A stretch of 64,000 bases of DNA from Alkalispirochaeta sp. (GTDB lineage: Bacteria > Spirochaetota > Spirochaetia > DSM-27196 > Alkalispirochaetaceae), in contig OZ271854.1 of NCBI GenBank assembly GCA_965601925.1, positions 1,248,001-1,312,000 on the forward strand, given 5' to 3'. How positions within the stretch are numbered: the first letter of the stretch is position 1; every line of letters begins with the position of its first letter. Position numbers and translations under genes: made by a program. Under the pieces are notes generated by a model that did no database searches, was not told the origin of the DNA, and was given only the letters and a program-made list of their open reading frames with translations. Positions 20,256 through 30,110 of the stretch are shown one piece after another.

Positions 20256-21125
20256 ATGCACACGCTCTCGTTTCCCGATCGGAAGTCCTTTATGGTCTGC
20301 GTCGACTCCGACGGATGCGCCTTTGACACGATGGAACTCAAACACAAACGGGTATTCATTCCCCAAGCGATTCGTTCCCTTGCCCTCCAGGATATCGCCG
20401 AGGAGTATCGCTCGGTCGCCGAACGCGTTAATCTGTACTCTCGAAGCCGCGGGGCGAACCGTTTCGAGGCGATCGCGATATGCATGGATCACCTTCGCTC
20501 CACGCCGAATCTCGCGTATCGCATTCCCGACCCCGCTCCGCTGTGGGGGTTCACCAAAAGCGGCCGCCCTTTGTCTCACGACTCATTTCGCTCATACATC
20601 GACCAGACGCCGCTCGATAAGGACGACGAACGGCTCCTGCGCGCCGTGGCTGACTGGAGCGCCGAAAGCAATCGCAGGATTGCCGAGATCGTAGTGAACA
20701 ACTCACCCTTCCCCCTGGTCGCCGATAGTCTTGAGGCTGCACACCGGTTTGCGAATACCATGATCGTCTCGGCGACACCAACCTCGGCCTTGGAAAGCGA
20801 ATGGGGTGCGGCCGGGCTCCTGGAGCACATCGACACCGTGGGCGGCCAGGAGCACGGTCCCAAAAAAGAGCAACTGGCGCAGGCGATGGAGGCGGGATTT
20901 CGTCCGGAGAACACGATCATGCTCGGCGACGCTCCGGGAGATCACCAGGCCGCTGATGCAAACGGCGTCATGTTCTTCCCCATCGTACCGGGCGCCGAAG
21001 AAGCGTCGTGGCGGCGCTTTGCCGAGGAGGGTTTGGGCCGCTTTCGGGAAGGAACGTACGCGGGATCCTTTGAGGCGGAGTTGACGGCGACGTTCTACCG
21101 CGCCCTGGACGACCACGGTCGGTGA
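20256..21125 (+). CDS. HAD-family hydrolase
   Basis: Motif I DSDGCAFDT, IVSAT, GPKK, MLGDAPGD; AAGGAG before ATG 20256. Confidence 0.88.
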   Translation: MHTLSFPDRKSFMVCVDSDGCAFDTMELKHKRVFIPQAIRSLALQDIAEEYRSVAERVNLYSRSRGANRFEAIAICMDHLRSTPNLAYRIPDPAPLWGFTKSGRPLSHDSFRSYIDQTPLDKDDERLLRAVADWSAESNRRIAEIVVNNSPFPLVADSLEAAHRFANTMIVSATPTSALESEWGAAGLLEHIDTVGGQEHGPKKEQLAQAMEAGFRPENTIMLGDAPGDHQAADANGVMFFPIVPGAEEASWRRFAEEGLGRFREGTYAGSFEAELTATFYRALDDHGR

Positions 21126-21141
21126 GACGACGGAGGCGCTC

Positions 21142-21657
21142 CTAATCGATCGTCGCTACGTAGGGCAGCCAGCGATACTTCTGATCGAAGTCGATACCGT
21201 ACCCAACGATAAACAGGTCGGGGACCTCGTGCCCCACGTACTTCACCGGTACCTCGGCCTGTCGTCGCGCCGGTTTGTCGATGAGGGTACAGATTTCGAG
21301 GCTTGCGGGGCCTTCCAGTATGAGGCGCTCGCGAATCTGGCTCAGTGTGAGGCCCGTGTCGATGATATCCTCGACGATCAAGACGTGGCGATCGTGGACC
21401 GACTCGTTCAACCCTTTGAGAATGACGAGCTCGCCGGTACTCTCGCGACCGACGTAGGAGGTGGCCGCCATGAAGTCAACCTCTACGGCCATATCGAGAC
21501 GCCGAATCAGATCGGCCATAAAGACGAACGACCCTTTAAGAAGACCGACCAAGAGCACGTCTTTTCCGTCGTAGTCGGTGCGGATTCGTGTCGCAAGCGA
21601 TGCGACCGTGTCCTGGAGATCGGTTTCGCTGAAGAGCGTTCTGAGTTCCGGCTTCAT
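21142..21657 (-). CDS. hpt: Hypoxanthine phosphoribosyltransferase
   Basis: GLLKGSFVFMADL, VLIVEDIIDTGLTL, FIVGYGIDF. Confidence 0.96.
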   Translation of the reverse strand: MKPELRTLFSETDLQDTVASLATRIRTDYDGKDVLLVGLLKGSFVFMADLIRRLDMAVEVDFMAATSYVGRESTGELVILKGLNESVHDRHVLIVEDIIDTGLTLSQIRERLILEGPASLEICTLIDKPARRQAEVPVKYVGHEVPDLFIVGYGIDFDQKYRWLPYVATID

Positions 21658-21808
21658 GGGGTGAGCATAGCGAAGGAACGCTCCCCAGGGAAGAGCGCGG
21701 CCGGCCCGCAGGGATAAAAGAGTATCTCAAACCAATCCGAAGAACACGCGGAGAACGCATAGCGCATTTTTGTACCATTCAATATTTCCATTTGTTTGAT
21801 ATAAAAAT

Positions 21809-21838
21809 TTGACAGCTCGCGAATGTCGGGCATACAAT
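21809..21838 (+). promoter_or_regulatory. Sigma70-type promoter
   Basis: TTGACA-18 nt-TACAAT with an AT-rich upstream tract. Confidence 0.6.
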
Positions 21839-21901
21839 GACGGAAACTTTTCCACACCACCATGCGGAAGAGACACTCTTTTTGACCAGAGGGGGAAGTG
21901 T

Positions 21902-23524
21902 ATGCAAAGGATCGGAAGGCAATCTCTATCGGGATTATGGGCCGCTTTGGTAATGCTCTCGCTTGTGGGTTGCGAAGCAGTTCTACAACCATCCGGCTCG
22001 TCGACCGCGGTCGAAAACGGCGTAGCGACGGTCGGGACGGCGTCGGTAAGCTCCTCATCCGCCCTTGTTACGGCGCTGGCAAACGCATCTCCGGGGGATG
22101 TGATCGAGCTTGCGCCGGGTACCTACACGACGACTCCCACTTCGGTGAACATCGACAACGGCATCGGCGGAACGGTGACCCGTTCGTGGTTTTTTCTCGG
22201 TTCCGCAAATGGAACCTCGTCCTCGCCCATCACGCTCCGGAGCGTCGACCCGGCGAATCCCGCAATCCTGGAAGGAGACGGATGGAACGCCGGCGGGTAC
22301 GCACTGTACATCACCGGCGACTACTGGATTGTCGAAGATATCGTCGTGCGAGGGGCGGCCAAAGGGGTCATGCTGGACAACTCGAACCACACACGCATCC
22401 AGGGGGTGGAAATATACGATATCGGCCAAGAGGGACTCCACGTTCGAGACGGATCCTCGGACGTTATTATCGACGGCATCAATCTTCACGACGTCGGCAA
22501 ACTGAACGACGGCTTCGGCGAGGGTGTGTACATCGGATCCGACAACTCCGTGTGGGCCGAGGGCGACGGCACCAACACCGGTGAGAAGGGCCTGCTCTAC
22601 AGCCGAGAGGTTCACAATACGATCATTCGCAACAGCACCATCGGTCCCAACATTACCGCCGAGCCGTTCGACATCAAAGAGGGAACCACCGGTACCGTCG
22701 TAGAAAACAACGTCATCTACGGCTCCGGCGTGTCGGGTAACAACTACGCCGACAGCCACATCGATATCAAGGGAAGTTGGGCGGTGGTGCGGTATAACAC
22801 GTTTTATCAAAGCGGTAACGCCAACATCGCCCGAGCCGTTATGATCGTTCCACGCCAAAGCGCGGGAGTCGATGCACAATACACGGCGCACGACAACTAC
22901 ATCCACGACAACACATTTCATCTGGAGAGCAGCGTCGAGCTTGTCGTCGCCAACAGTGGATCGGCCGACATCTACGCCTGGGACAACACCAAGGTTCCCA
23001 ACACGGGCAGCTTCTACAACAGCCGTGTGATCCAATCGATCCCTCCGGGATACGACCCCGGCACGAACCCCAACCCGAATCCCGATCCCGATCCGAATCC
23101 CGACCCGGGCACAGGGGAGCTCAAACTCCAGTATGACAACGCCGAAACGGACGCCTCGTCGAAGTCGATCAAACCCGACGTACTCATCGTCAACACCGGT
23201 AGCTCTACGGTAACCTCGTTCTCGATTCGCTACTACTTCACCGACGACGGTCTCTCACCGACGTTCTCAAAGCGCTACTACGAATCGGGGACCGTCTCCC
23301 ACACCTTCGGATTCGACGGACAAGATTACGTCCAACTCGACTGGTCGGGATCGCTCGCTCCGGGGGCCGACGTGAAGTTGAAGTTCACCATCGGCAACGC
23401 GGCGTATCAGTTCTACGATCAGACCGACGACCATAGCTTTGACGCCGGCATCACCTCGTTCACCGACTACGCGAACATCCCGGTGTATCTGGGCGGCGCG
23501 TTGGTTTGGGGGGTCGAACCGTAG
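21902..23524 (+). CDS. Lipoprotein: parallel beta-helix polysaccharide lyase-like domain (PL31-like) plus C-terminal CBM3
   Basis: Lipobox LVGC; KGVMLDNSN, GEGVYIGSD, AEPFDIKEG, DSHIDIKG; CBM3-like IRYYFT, YDQTDDHSF, LVWGVEP. Confidence 0.75.
   Translation: MQRIGRQSLSGLWAALVMLSLVGCEAVLQPSGSSTAVENGVATVGTASVSSSSALVTALANASPGDVIELAPGTYTTTPTSVNIDNGIGGTVTRSWFFLGSANGTSSSPITLRSVDPANPAILEGDGWNAGGYALYITGDYWIVEDIVVRGAAKGVMLDNSNHTRIQGVEIYDIGQEGLHVRDGSSDVIIDGINLHDVGKLNDGFGEGVYIGSDNSVWAEGDGTNTGEKGLLYSREVHNTIIRNSTIGPNITAEPFDIKEGTTGTVVENNVIYGSGVSGNNYADSHIDIKGSWAVVRYNTFYQSGNANIARAVMIVPRQSAGVDAQYTAHDNYIHDNTFHLESSVELVVANSGSADIYAWDNTKVPNTGSFYNSRVIQSIPPGYDPGTNPNPNPDPDPNPDPGTGELKLQYDNAETDASSKSIKPDVLIVNTGSSTVTSFSIRYYFTDDGLSPTFSKRYYESGTVSHTFGFDGQDYVQLDWSGSLAPGADVKLKFTIGNAAYQFYDQTDDHSFDAGITSFTDYANIPVYLGGALVWGVEP
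23066..23107 (+). repeat. In-frame 6-bp imperfect tandem repeat encoding an (N/D)P linker
   Basis: NPNPNPDPDPNPDP between the catalytic domain and CBM3. Confidence 0.85.
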
Positions 23525-23812
23525 AAGGCCGGGCGCGACGCCCCTGCACAACATTCAGCACGGGGCTGGCCGCCGGGTGGCGATCACCCAGCACGCGGAG
23601 CCGTGAAGTCGTGCTCGCCGCCGCCGCCCGGCCCCCCCGGCTCATTGTAGTTGGGGGTGCCGCTTCCTCCGGTGCGGCGATGAGAGACCGCACCCCATAG
23701 TGTGTTACGGCCACACACCCTTTTTCACGTTATTTGAAGCACTACCTCCGACCGAATCGTCGTTGCTCTCATGTCCGGAGCAACGGACCGCCAGACTCAT
23801 GCACATCCGATC

Positions 23813-23863
23813 TTGACAGGGAGTATATTTGATGTTAATTTAACTAACATCAAATATACTCCC
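23813..23863 (+). promoter_or_regulatory. Promoter with a perfect 19-bp inverted repeat/operator
   Basis: TTGACA 23813-23818; GGGAGTATATTTGATGTTA (23819-23837), 7 nt, TAACATCAAATATACTCCC (23845-23863). Confidence 0.8.
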
Positions 23864-23921
23864 GCCGCCGATTATTGATATCGACGAACTTCTCTTGAGC
23901 GTCACAAAAGGAGATATCGAA

Positions 23922-25289
23922 ATGAACATCACAGTGTCACCGCGAGATACCATTTTTTTACTCAATGGAAATAATTTCTTTTTTCTTGCAGACACTGTGT
24001 GGAGTGCGTTCAGCAATGCTTCCCTTGAAGATTGGCACGAATACCTCGACTACCGAAAAATGCAAGGCTTCAATGGGCTTCAGATCAATATCCTTCCTCA
24101 ATGGGACAGAAGCAAGAACGGCACGAACGTGCCTGCGTTCACTCGCGGTGCGGATGGTAGGACGGACTATGTACACTACAACGTCGAATATTTTGATAAA
24201 GCAAAAAAGATGCTCGAAATGTCCGGGGAAAGAGGATTTGTCCCCGCCCTGGTAATTCTGTGGAACGATTACATCACGGGGAAATGGTATGAACGTGATG
24301 AAGATGCGGATGTTATGCCGATAGAGGCGGTAGAGCCTTACACTCGTCATGTCTTAGCTTGCTTCAAAAAATTCAATCCCATTTATGTACTATCCGGCGA
24401 CACCAGCTTTAAACATGACAAAGAAAAAGAATATTACAAAATAGCATTTGATACTATAAAAGATCATAGTCCGCGATCATTGGTCAGCATGCACATATCC
24501 GACACGTTACCGGCTCTCCCGGAGGACATTGTCGGCTCATTTGGTCTCGATTTCTATATGTTCCAATCGGGTCATCAGATACACGCAGAAGACAAGCCGA
24601 CCGAGTATGCCGAGAAATCGTGTGCACTCGCTCCGTACAAACCGGTCGTTAACTCGGAGCCCTGCTACGAAGGAATGTCCGCCTTCGATTTCCAAGGTTT
24701 ATCAAAAATGATGATGAATACGAGTGAAAAAAACCTCGACATGTACAAGCGGGTACAGAAGCATTTAGCCAACACGCGCGTGCGCTTCGACGCGTACGAT
24801 GTACGCCGCGCTATGTGGCAAAGTGTGCTGTCGGGCGCCAAGGCGGGCGTAGCCTACGGCGCACAAGGATTGTGGAACTGGCGGACGCACGCTACGCATC
24901 GAGAAATGTCTCCGGATCAATACGGCGGATCATTTACGTGGAGTACCGCATTGCGATTTGAGGGAGCTTGGGACGCAGTATACATAAAGTGGATTTTTGA
25001 AAACTATGATCTATTCGATATTGAGCCGTCGGATCAGTACGAATGTGGAAGTACGGCGGTTACGATGTGTGCCTCACGCGATATGAGTAAAATCATTGTA
25101 TATTTTCCATTTTCATGTGAGATAACACTAAAGGTTAATATGGAAAAATATAAAACAGTTCTTATAGATTTATCGAAGAAAAGATTCATAACTCCCACAT
25201 TGGTGTATGCGCACGGCGGCACATACCTACGCGATTACGATTTCAACTCGGATGCCGTATTGGTTGCGATAAAAACGACGCACGCATAA
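23922..25289 (+). CDS. DUF4038 (apiosidase-like) putative glycoside hydrolase, low GC
   Basis: FFFLADTVW, YRKMQGFN, LDFYMFQSGH, KPVVNSEPCYE, GVAYGAQGLW; AAGGAG before ATG 23922; no signal peptide. Confidence 0.82.
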   Translation: MNITVSPRDTIFLLNGNNFFFLADTVWSAFSNASLEDWHEYLDYRKMQGFNGLQINILPQWDRSKNGTNVPAFTRGADGRTDYVHYNVEYFDKAKKMLEMSGERGFVPALVILWNDYITGKWYERDEDADVMPIEAVEPYTRHVLACFKKFNPIYVLSGDTSFKHDKEKEYYKIAFDTIKDHSPRSLVSMHISDTLPALPEDIVGSFGLDFYMFQSGHQIHAEDKPTEYAEKSCALAPYKPVVNSEPCYEGMSAFDFQGLSKMMMNTSEKNLDMYKRVQKHLANTRVRFDAYDVRRAMWQSVLSGAKAGVAYGAQGLWNWRTHATHREMSPDQYGGSFTWSTALRFEGAWDAVYIKWIFENYDLFDIEPSDQYECGSTAVTMCASRDMSKIIVYFPFSCEITLKVNMEKYKTVLIDLSKKRFITPTLVYAHGGTYLRDYDFNSDAVLVAIKTTHA

Positions 25290-25332
25290 ACCGCAGACAC
25301 CTCACATGGAATGAGATCGAGGGAGAGACAAT

Positions 25333-26718
25333 ATGAAACCCGGTGTGACTACGACAAAAGAGAAAATCGCCTACGCCTTGGGGGACGTCGGGTTCAATTT
25401 CATATGGGCATTCGTCTCATCATTCCTGATGTTCTACTACACCGATGTGGTCGGAATCGCCGCCGGAACGGTCGGCACGATTATGCTCACCGCGCGACTG
25501 TTTGACGGTGTCAGCGATTTGGGCATGGGCTCGTTGATAGAAAAGACAAACACACGGTGGGGGAAGGCACGACCGTGGATATTGTGGGGCACGGCGCCCT
25601 TGGTCATTAGCTTTCTTCTGGTGATGAATGTGCCTTCCGGGCTTTCGGAACAGGGGAAAAATATATATGTGCTTTTGACGTATATATTTATGATGGTGAT
25701 ATGTGTCACCGCCACAAACCTGCCGTATCTATCGCTATTGTCCCGGATTTCCCTCGATCAGCACGATAGAAACGTGTTGAGTGTGATAAGAACCGTCTCG
25801 GTGTTAGTCGTCATTGTCGTGGTGGCGGTCATGACGACACGCATCGTGACGTTTTTCGGCGGTGGGCAATCGGCGTGGACCAGACTATCGTTTATATATG
25901 CGTCACTCGCGTTGGTCCTTTTGACGATCACATTTTTCGGAACGAAGGAAAAAATATCCGTTCAAGGGAATGGCGAGGAGCAGCAGGAAACACAGAGCCT
26001 GAAACAAGCAATCATTGCCAATGTAAAAAACAAGTACTTTTACATGACCGCACTGTTGTTCATCGTTGTGTTCGCTTTGGGCGGCGTCGGTCAGGGTAGT
26101 CTCATCTACTATGCAACGCATGTACTCGGAAATGAGAACTTATACGGCGTGATATTGATCATAGGGTTTGCTCCCGCGCTGATCGGGATGCCGCTTGTGC
26201 CAACGCTGTATAAGAGAGTGGGAAAACGAAACGCGATGCTTGCCGCCTCATTCGTCAGTCTCTCCGGCCCATTAGTGGCGTGGATCAATCCCTACAGCGT
26301 AGTGAACATCGCGATATGTTTCTTCCTGATCGGTCTGGGAAGAGCTCCCATGTCGGCAACCCTCTATACACTCGTCGCGGATCTGGTCGATTACGGTGAA
26401 TGGAAGTACGGAATCCGCACCGAAGGACTCGCGTATAGCAGTGCCAGCGTAGGAACAAAGTTGGGAATGGGCCTGGGTTCGGCCGTAATCGGCTGGCTTC
26501 TGGCGTGGGGCCGCTACGTCGGGACGGCCGAGGTCCAACCCGAATCGGCCCTTCGTGCGATGCAGGTCCTGTTTATCTGGGTTCCGTTCGCGCTTTCGAT
26601 CGCATCAATTGCCATTCTATCCTTTTGGAAACTGGATAGCGTTCTTCCCGAGATTCAAGACTCACTACAGAAGAAGTACTTGAATGAAAGTGCACAACTG
26701 TCGTCGGAGAAGGTGTGA
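25333..26718 (+). CDS. MFS glycoside-pentoside-hexuronide (GPH) cation symporter
   Basis: YYTDVVGI, ARLFDGVSD, TRWGKARPW, ADLVDYGEWKYGIRTEG. Confidence 0.93.
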   Translation: MKPGVTTTKEKIAYALGDVGFNFIWAFVSSFLMFYYTDVVGIAAGTVGTIMLTARLFDGVSDLGMGSLIEKTNTRWGKARPWILWGTAPLVISFLLVMNVPSGLSEQGKNIYVLLTYIFMMVICVTATNLPYLSLLSRISLDQHDRNVLSVIRTVSVLVVIVVVAVMTTRIVTFFGGGQSAWTRLSFIYASLALVLLTITFFGTKEKISVQGNGEEQQETQSLKQAIIANVKNKYFYMTALLFIVVFALGGVGQGSLIYYATHVLGNENLYGVILIIGFAPALIGMPLVPTLYKRVGKRNAMLAASFVSLSGPLVAWINPYSVVNIAICFFLIGLGRAPMSATLYTLVADLVDYGEWKYGIRTEGLAYSSASVGTKLGMGLGSAVIGWLLAWGRYVGTAEVQPESALRAMQVLFIWVPFALSIASIAILSFWKLDSVLPEIQDSLQKKYLNESAQLSSEKV

Positions 26719-26752
26719 GAGAACTCGACTCGGAGCGGTATCGGTATAACGT

Positions 26753-27538
26753 ATGTACATAGGAAACCTCTCGTTAGAACAGATCGCCGATTCGAAGGAG
26801 ATCAAAGACGCGTTGCGAAGGAGCCTGTTTCAGAGCCGCGATAACGCCTTCCATTACCCATACGAGTTGGAAAAGAGACTGTACGCCGCGATGCTCGAAG
26901 GTGATTTCGACACGATTCGAGAGGTGAGCAGGGAATGCAGCAACTTTCCGCCATCCGTTCTTTGTGAGGGCAATCCGCGTCGCTCTCTGAAGAATATGAT
27001 GATCTGCAACTGTGCCCTTATCACCAGAGTCATGATCCAAGCGGGATTACACGAGAACTATGCGTACTTTCTGAATGACTTGTTCATTAACAAAATAGAA
27101 TCATTGACCGAGAAAGATGCGCTGCTGCGCCTCAACACCATCATCATTATTGCGTTCATGTCCGCGGCAAAGAGTTCAGTAGTTTCACGACGGAGCATCT
27201 CGTCGCGCCTCGTGCACAGAGCCGTCGATTATGTCGAGGAACACCTATACGACGATATATCTCTCGAAGCCGCAGCCGCCGCGCTGCATACCAACGGCAG
27301 TTACCTTTCCCGACTGTTCAAACGAGAGGTCGGCCTCTCGTTTACCGAATACGCACACCGCAGCCGTATAAAGAAAGCGCAACAGTTGCTCCTCCTTACC
27401 GACCTGCCCATCGCAACGATTGCGAGTGATCTCGGCTACTCGTCGCACAGCCATTTCACGAGGATCTTCAAGCGAATCTGCGGTGTAACGCCGCAACACT
27501 ACGCACTGCGGCGCAGGGCGGAACGGTTTGTCGTATAA
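26753..27538 (+). CDS. AraC family regulator
   Basis: C-terminal double HTH: YLSRLFKREVG...LGYSSHSHFTRIFKRICGVTP. Confidence 0.92.
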   Translation: MYIGNLSLEQIADSKEIKDALRRSLFQSRDNAFHYPYELEKRLYAAMLEGDFDTIREVSRECSNFPPSVLCEGNPRRSLKNMMICNCALITRVMIQAGLHENYAYFLNDLFINKIESLTEKDALLRLNTIIIIAFMSAAKSSVVSRRSISSRLVHRAVDYVEEHLYDDISLEAAAAALHTNGSYLSRLFKREVGLSFTEYAHRSRIKKAQQLLLLTDLPIATIASDLGYSSHSHFTRIFKRICGVTPQHYALRRRAERFVV

Positions 27539-27624
27539 CCGGCGAGAGACCGGTGCATCGTATCGCCGAGCGATCGCACGAATCGACTGCTCGCGCGATC
27601 GCGGAGAGAATCGTTGCCGCTGCT

Positions 27625-29874
27625 CTATGAGCTGATCTCGTCCAAAAGTTGTAGAAGCTGTTTTTCCTGCTCCGGCGCGAGGCGGCCGAGACCGAACGCT
27701 ATGAGCATTTTCAGGGTTAGTACGCCGCTCATCTCCTCGGGAGTCAGGAACGAGACCATGTCGGACGACGAAAACATCGTCCTAACGTTCTCTACGATGT
27801 GAGCGAGCCGTGCCGCGGCTACCGGGTGTTTCATAAGATCACTCAACGGTGAATTGAGCGTGTAGCGCTTCGGCACGTTTACCGTCGATTCCACGTGGAC
27901 CACGCGGCCGAGCGGTAGATCTCGTGATGAGCCGCCGACCAAGATCTCGAAGTCGCCGCTCTCGACGTGCCAATCGGAGATCCGCACGTTGTAGTAGGCA
28001 AAGGCGCGCTTTCCGAGCGTAAAGCGCACCTCCGTCTCTTCCCCGGGCTCAAGGGCTACCTTTTCGAATCCTTTGAGTTCCTTGTCCGGCCTGTTAACGG
28101 TCGACTCAATATCGCGCACATAGAGCTGGGCCACCTCCTTGCCCGGGAGCGGGCCGATGTTCTTGACCGTAAAAACGACCGAGACCTGATCCGTGTCTTT
28201 CATCCGCTCTTTGTCCACGCGCATATCGGAGTACGAGAACGTGGTGTAGCTCAGGCCGTGGCCGAACGGAAACAAGGGTTCGATCTTTTTTGTGTCGTAG
28301 TACCGATACCCCACGAATATGCCCTCGTTGTATGTGACCGTATCCTCTTCCGACCGGAACAACACCGCCGGTGTATCTTCCAGCCGTGCCGGGAAGGTCT
28401 CGGCAAGTTTGGCGGACGGATTCACGGCTCCGTACAAGACATCGACGATTGCAGGGCCGCCAGCCTGGCCGCCGAGATACCCCTCGACTACGGCCCGGAC
28501 GTCGTCGATCCACGGCATTTCCACGGCGCTTCCGTTGGAGAGTACCACGACGACCGGTGTCCCGGTCGCGCATACACGTTCGATGAGCCGTGATTGATTG
28601 TGGGGGATGCGTAGGTGTTTGCGGTCGTACCCCTCCGACTCGTCGCCTTCGGGAAGACCCGCAAATATCACAGCGACTTCAGATCCTTTCGCCAGATCGC
28701 ACGCCTCGCGTTCCAACACGTCATCGGCGTCGTGCGAAGCAAGCTCGTAGCCCGACGCATAACGCGTGCCGCCGATCGTCTGCATCTCCTCCCACGCGTT
28801 GTGCAGAAAAGTGGGATTGATGTGGGAGCTCCCGCCTCCCTGGTAGCGGGGACTCGTCGCCAACGCTCCTATCACCGCAACACGCTTACCGGCGCGCAGG
28901 GGCAGGACGTCGTCGTTTTTGAGAAGGACGATGCACTCCGCCGCCGTCGATCGAGCGATACGGTCGTGCTCTTGTTTATCGTAGGTGGTAGTTCGAGGTC
29001 GATTCTCCGCCTTGAGCAGGAACTCGAGGACGCGTCGCACGGCCTTGTCCACATCGCCTTCATCGAGGTCGCCCGCCTCGACGGCCCGTACGATTGCGGC
29101 ATCACTCGCGCCGCCGTTTCCCGGCATCTCCAAGTCGAGACCGGCCCTGATACCGGCGACACGATCGTCTTCGCCGCCCCAGTCCGACACGACAAAGCCG
29201 TCGTGCCCCCACTCCTCGCGAAGGACCTTCCACAAGAGATAGGAGTTATCTGCGCAGAAGGTACCGTTGAGCTTATTGTATGCGCTCATGACCGACCACG
29301 GTTTCGCCTCTTTGACCGCCGTCTCAAAGCTTGCAAGGTAGATCTCGCGTAAGGTCCGTTCGTCCACGATCGTATCAATGGACATACGCCGGTTTTCCTG
29401 GTTGTTCGCCGCGAAGTGCTTCATCGAGGTGCCGACCCCGCGGCTCTGCACACCTTCGATGTAACTCTTCGCCATCTGCGACGACAGAAACGGATCTTCA
29501 GAAAAATACTCGAAATTTCGACCGCACAACGGAGAGCGCTTGATATTTACCGCAGGTCCTAAAAGCACCGCCACGCCCTCGGCATTACACTCGGCTCCCA
29601 ATGCGGCCCCGACCGCTTCGATCAGGTCTCTATCCCACGACGATGCGAGCGCGGCGCCGGACGGAAAGCACGTTGCGGGAATCGATTGGAGCATACCGAT
29701 ATGGTCGCTCGCCGTACTCTGTTTTCGCAGTCCATGAGGACCGTCGGTCAACACCACCGACGGGATATCGAGCCGTTCGAGCGGTTTCGTACTCGACATA
29801 TCGAGTCCGGAGGTCAGCGATACCTTCTCCTCCAGGGTAAGTTGCGAAAGAATAGTCTCTATCCGGTCGTTCAT
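27625..29874 (-). CDS. GH3 beta-glucosidase with Fn3-like domain
   Basis: DGPHGLR, GRNFEYFSEDP, KHFAANNQE, SDWG, ESEGYDR, PFGHGLSYTTF; no signal peptide. Confidence 0.95.
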   Translation of the reverse strand: MNDRIETILSQLTLEEKVSLTSGLDMSSTKPLERLDIPSVVLTDGPHGLRKQSTASDHIGMLQSIPATCFPSGAALASSWDRDLIEAVGAALGAECNAEGVAVLLGPAVNIKRSPLCGRNFEYFSEDPFLSSQMAKSYIEGVQSRGVGTSMKHFAANNQENRRMSIDTIVDERTLREIYLASFETAVKEAKPWSVMSAYNKLNGTFCADNSYLLWKVLREEWGHDGFVVSDWGGEDDRVAGIRAGLDLEMPGNGGASDAAIVRAVEAGDLDEGDVDKAVRRVLEFLLKAENRPRTTTYDKQEHDRIARSTAAECIVLLKNDDVLPLRAGKRVAVIGALATSPRYQGGGSSHINPTFLHNAWEEMQTIGGTRYASGYELASHDADDVLEREACDLAKGSEVAVIFAGLPEGDESEGYDRKHLRIPHNQSRLIERVCATGTPVVVVLSNGSAVEMPWIDDVRAVVEGYLGGQAGGPAIVDVLYGAVNPSAKLAETFPARLEDTPAVLFRSEEDTVTYNEGIFVGYRYYDTKKIEPLFPFGHGLSYTTFSYSDMRVDKERMKDTDQVSVVFTVKNIGPLPGKEVAQLYVRDIESTVNRPDKELKGFEKVALEPGEETEVRFTLGKRAFAYYNVRISDWHVESGDFEILVGGSSRDLPLGRVVHVESTVNVPKRYTLNSPLSDLMKHPVAAARLAHIVENVRTMFSSSDMVSFLTPEEMSGVLTLKMLIAFGLGRLAPEQEKQLLQLLDEISS

Positions 29875-30110
29875 TCTCGGCCTCCTTCCGGCGACGATTC
29901 ATGCGCGATATGACCTCACACAAACGCGCCGTATGCTGCGACATACGTTCGTAGCTGCAATGATAGAGGTTCTTACCGTCGGCGCTACAACCGTCGTTGC
30001 CGCTTCTAGCCTATTCTTTACCGCCGCCGCGCTACACTGTGGAAGTTGCTCACGACCAAAATCGTTGCTCTCGGACGCCGGTCGTTCCCTCATGGTAAGA
30101 TCACCGCTGC

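Noticed and set aside
23066..23107. Short tandem repeat as a possible CRISPR or contingency locus
   Set aside because: In-frame, synonymous-variable Pro-rich linker with no spacers
23525..23810. Short ORFs and a GTGTGT/ACACAC hairpin before the low-GC block as a mobile-element end
   Set aside because: No direct repeats, tRNA or integrase found; the hairpin is at best a weak terminator
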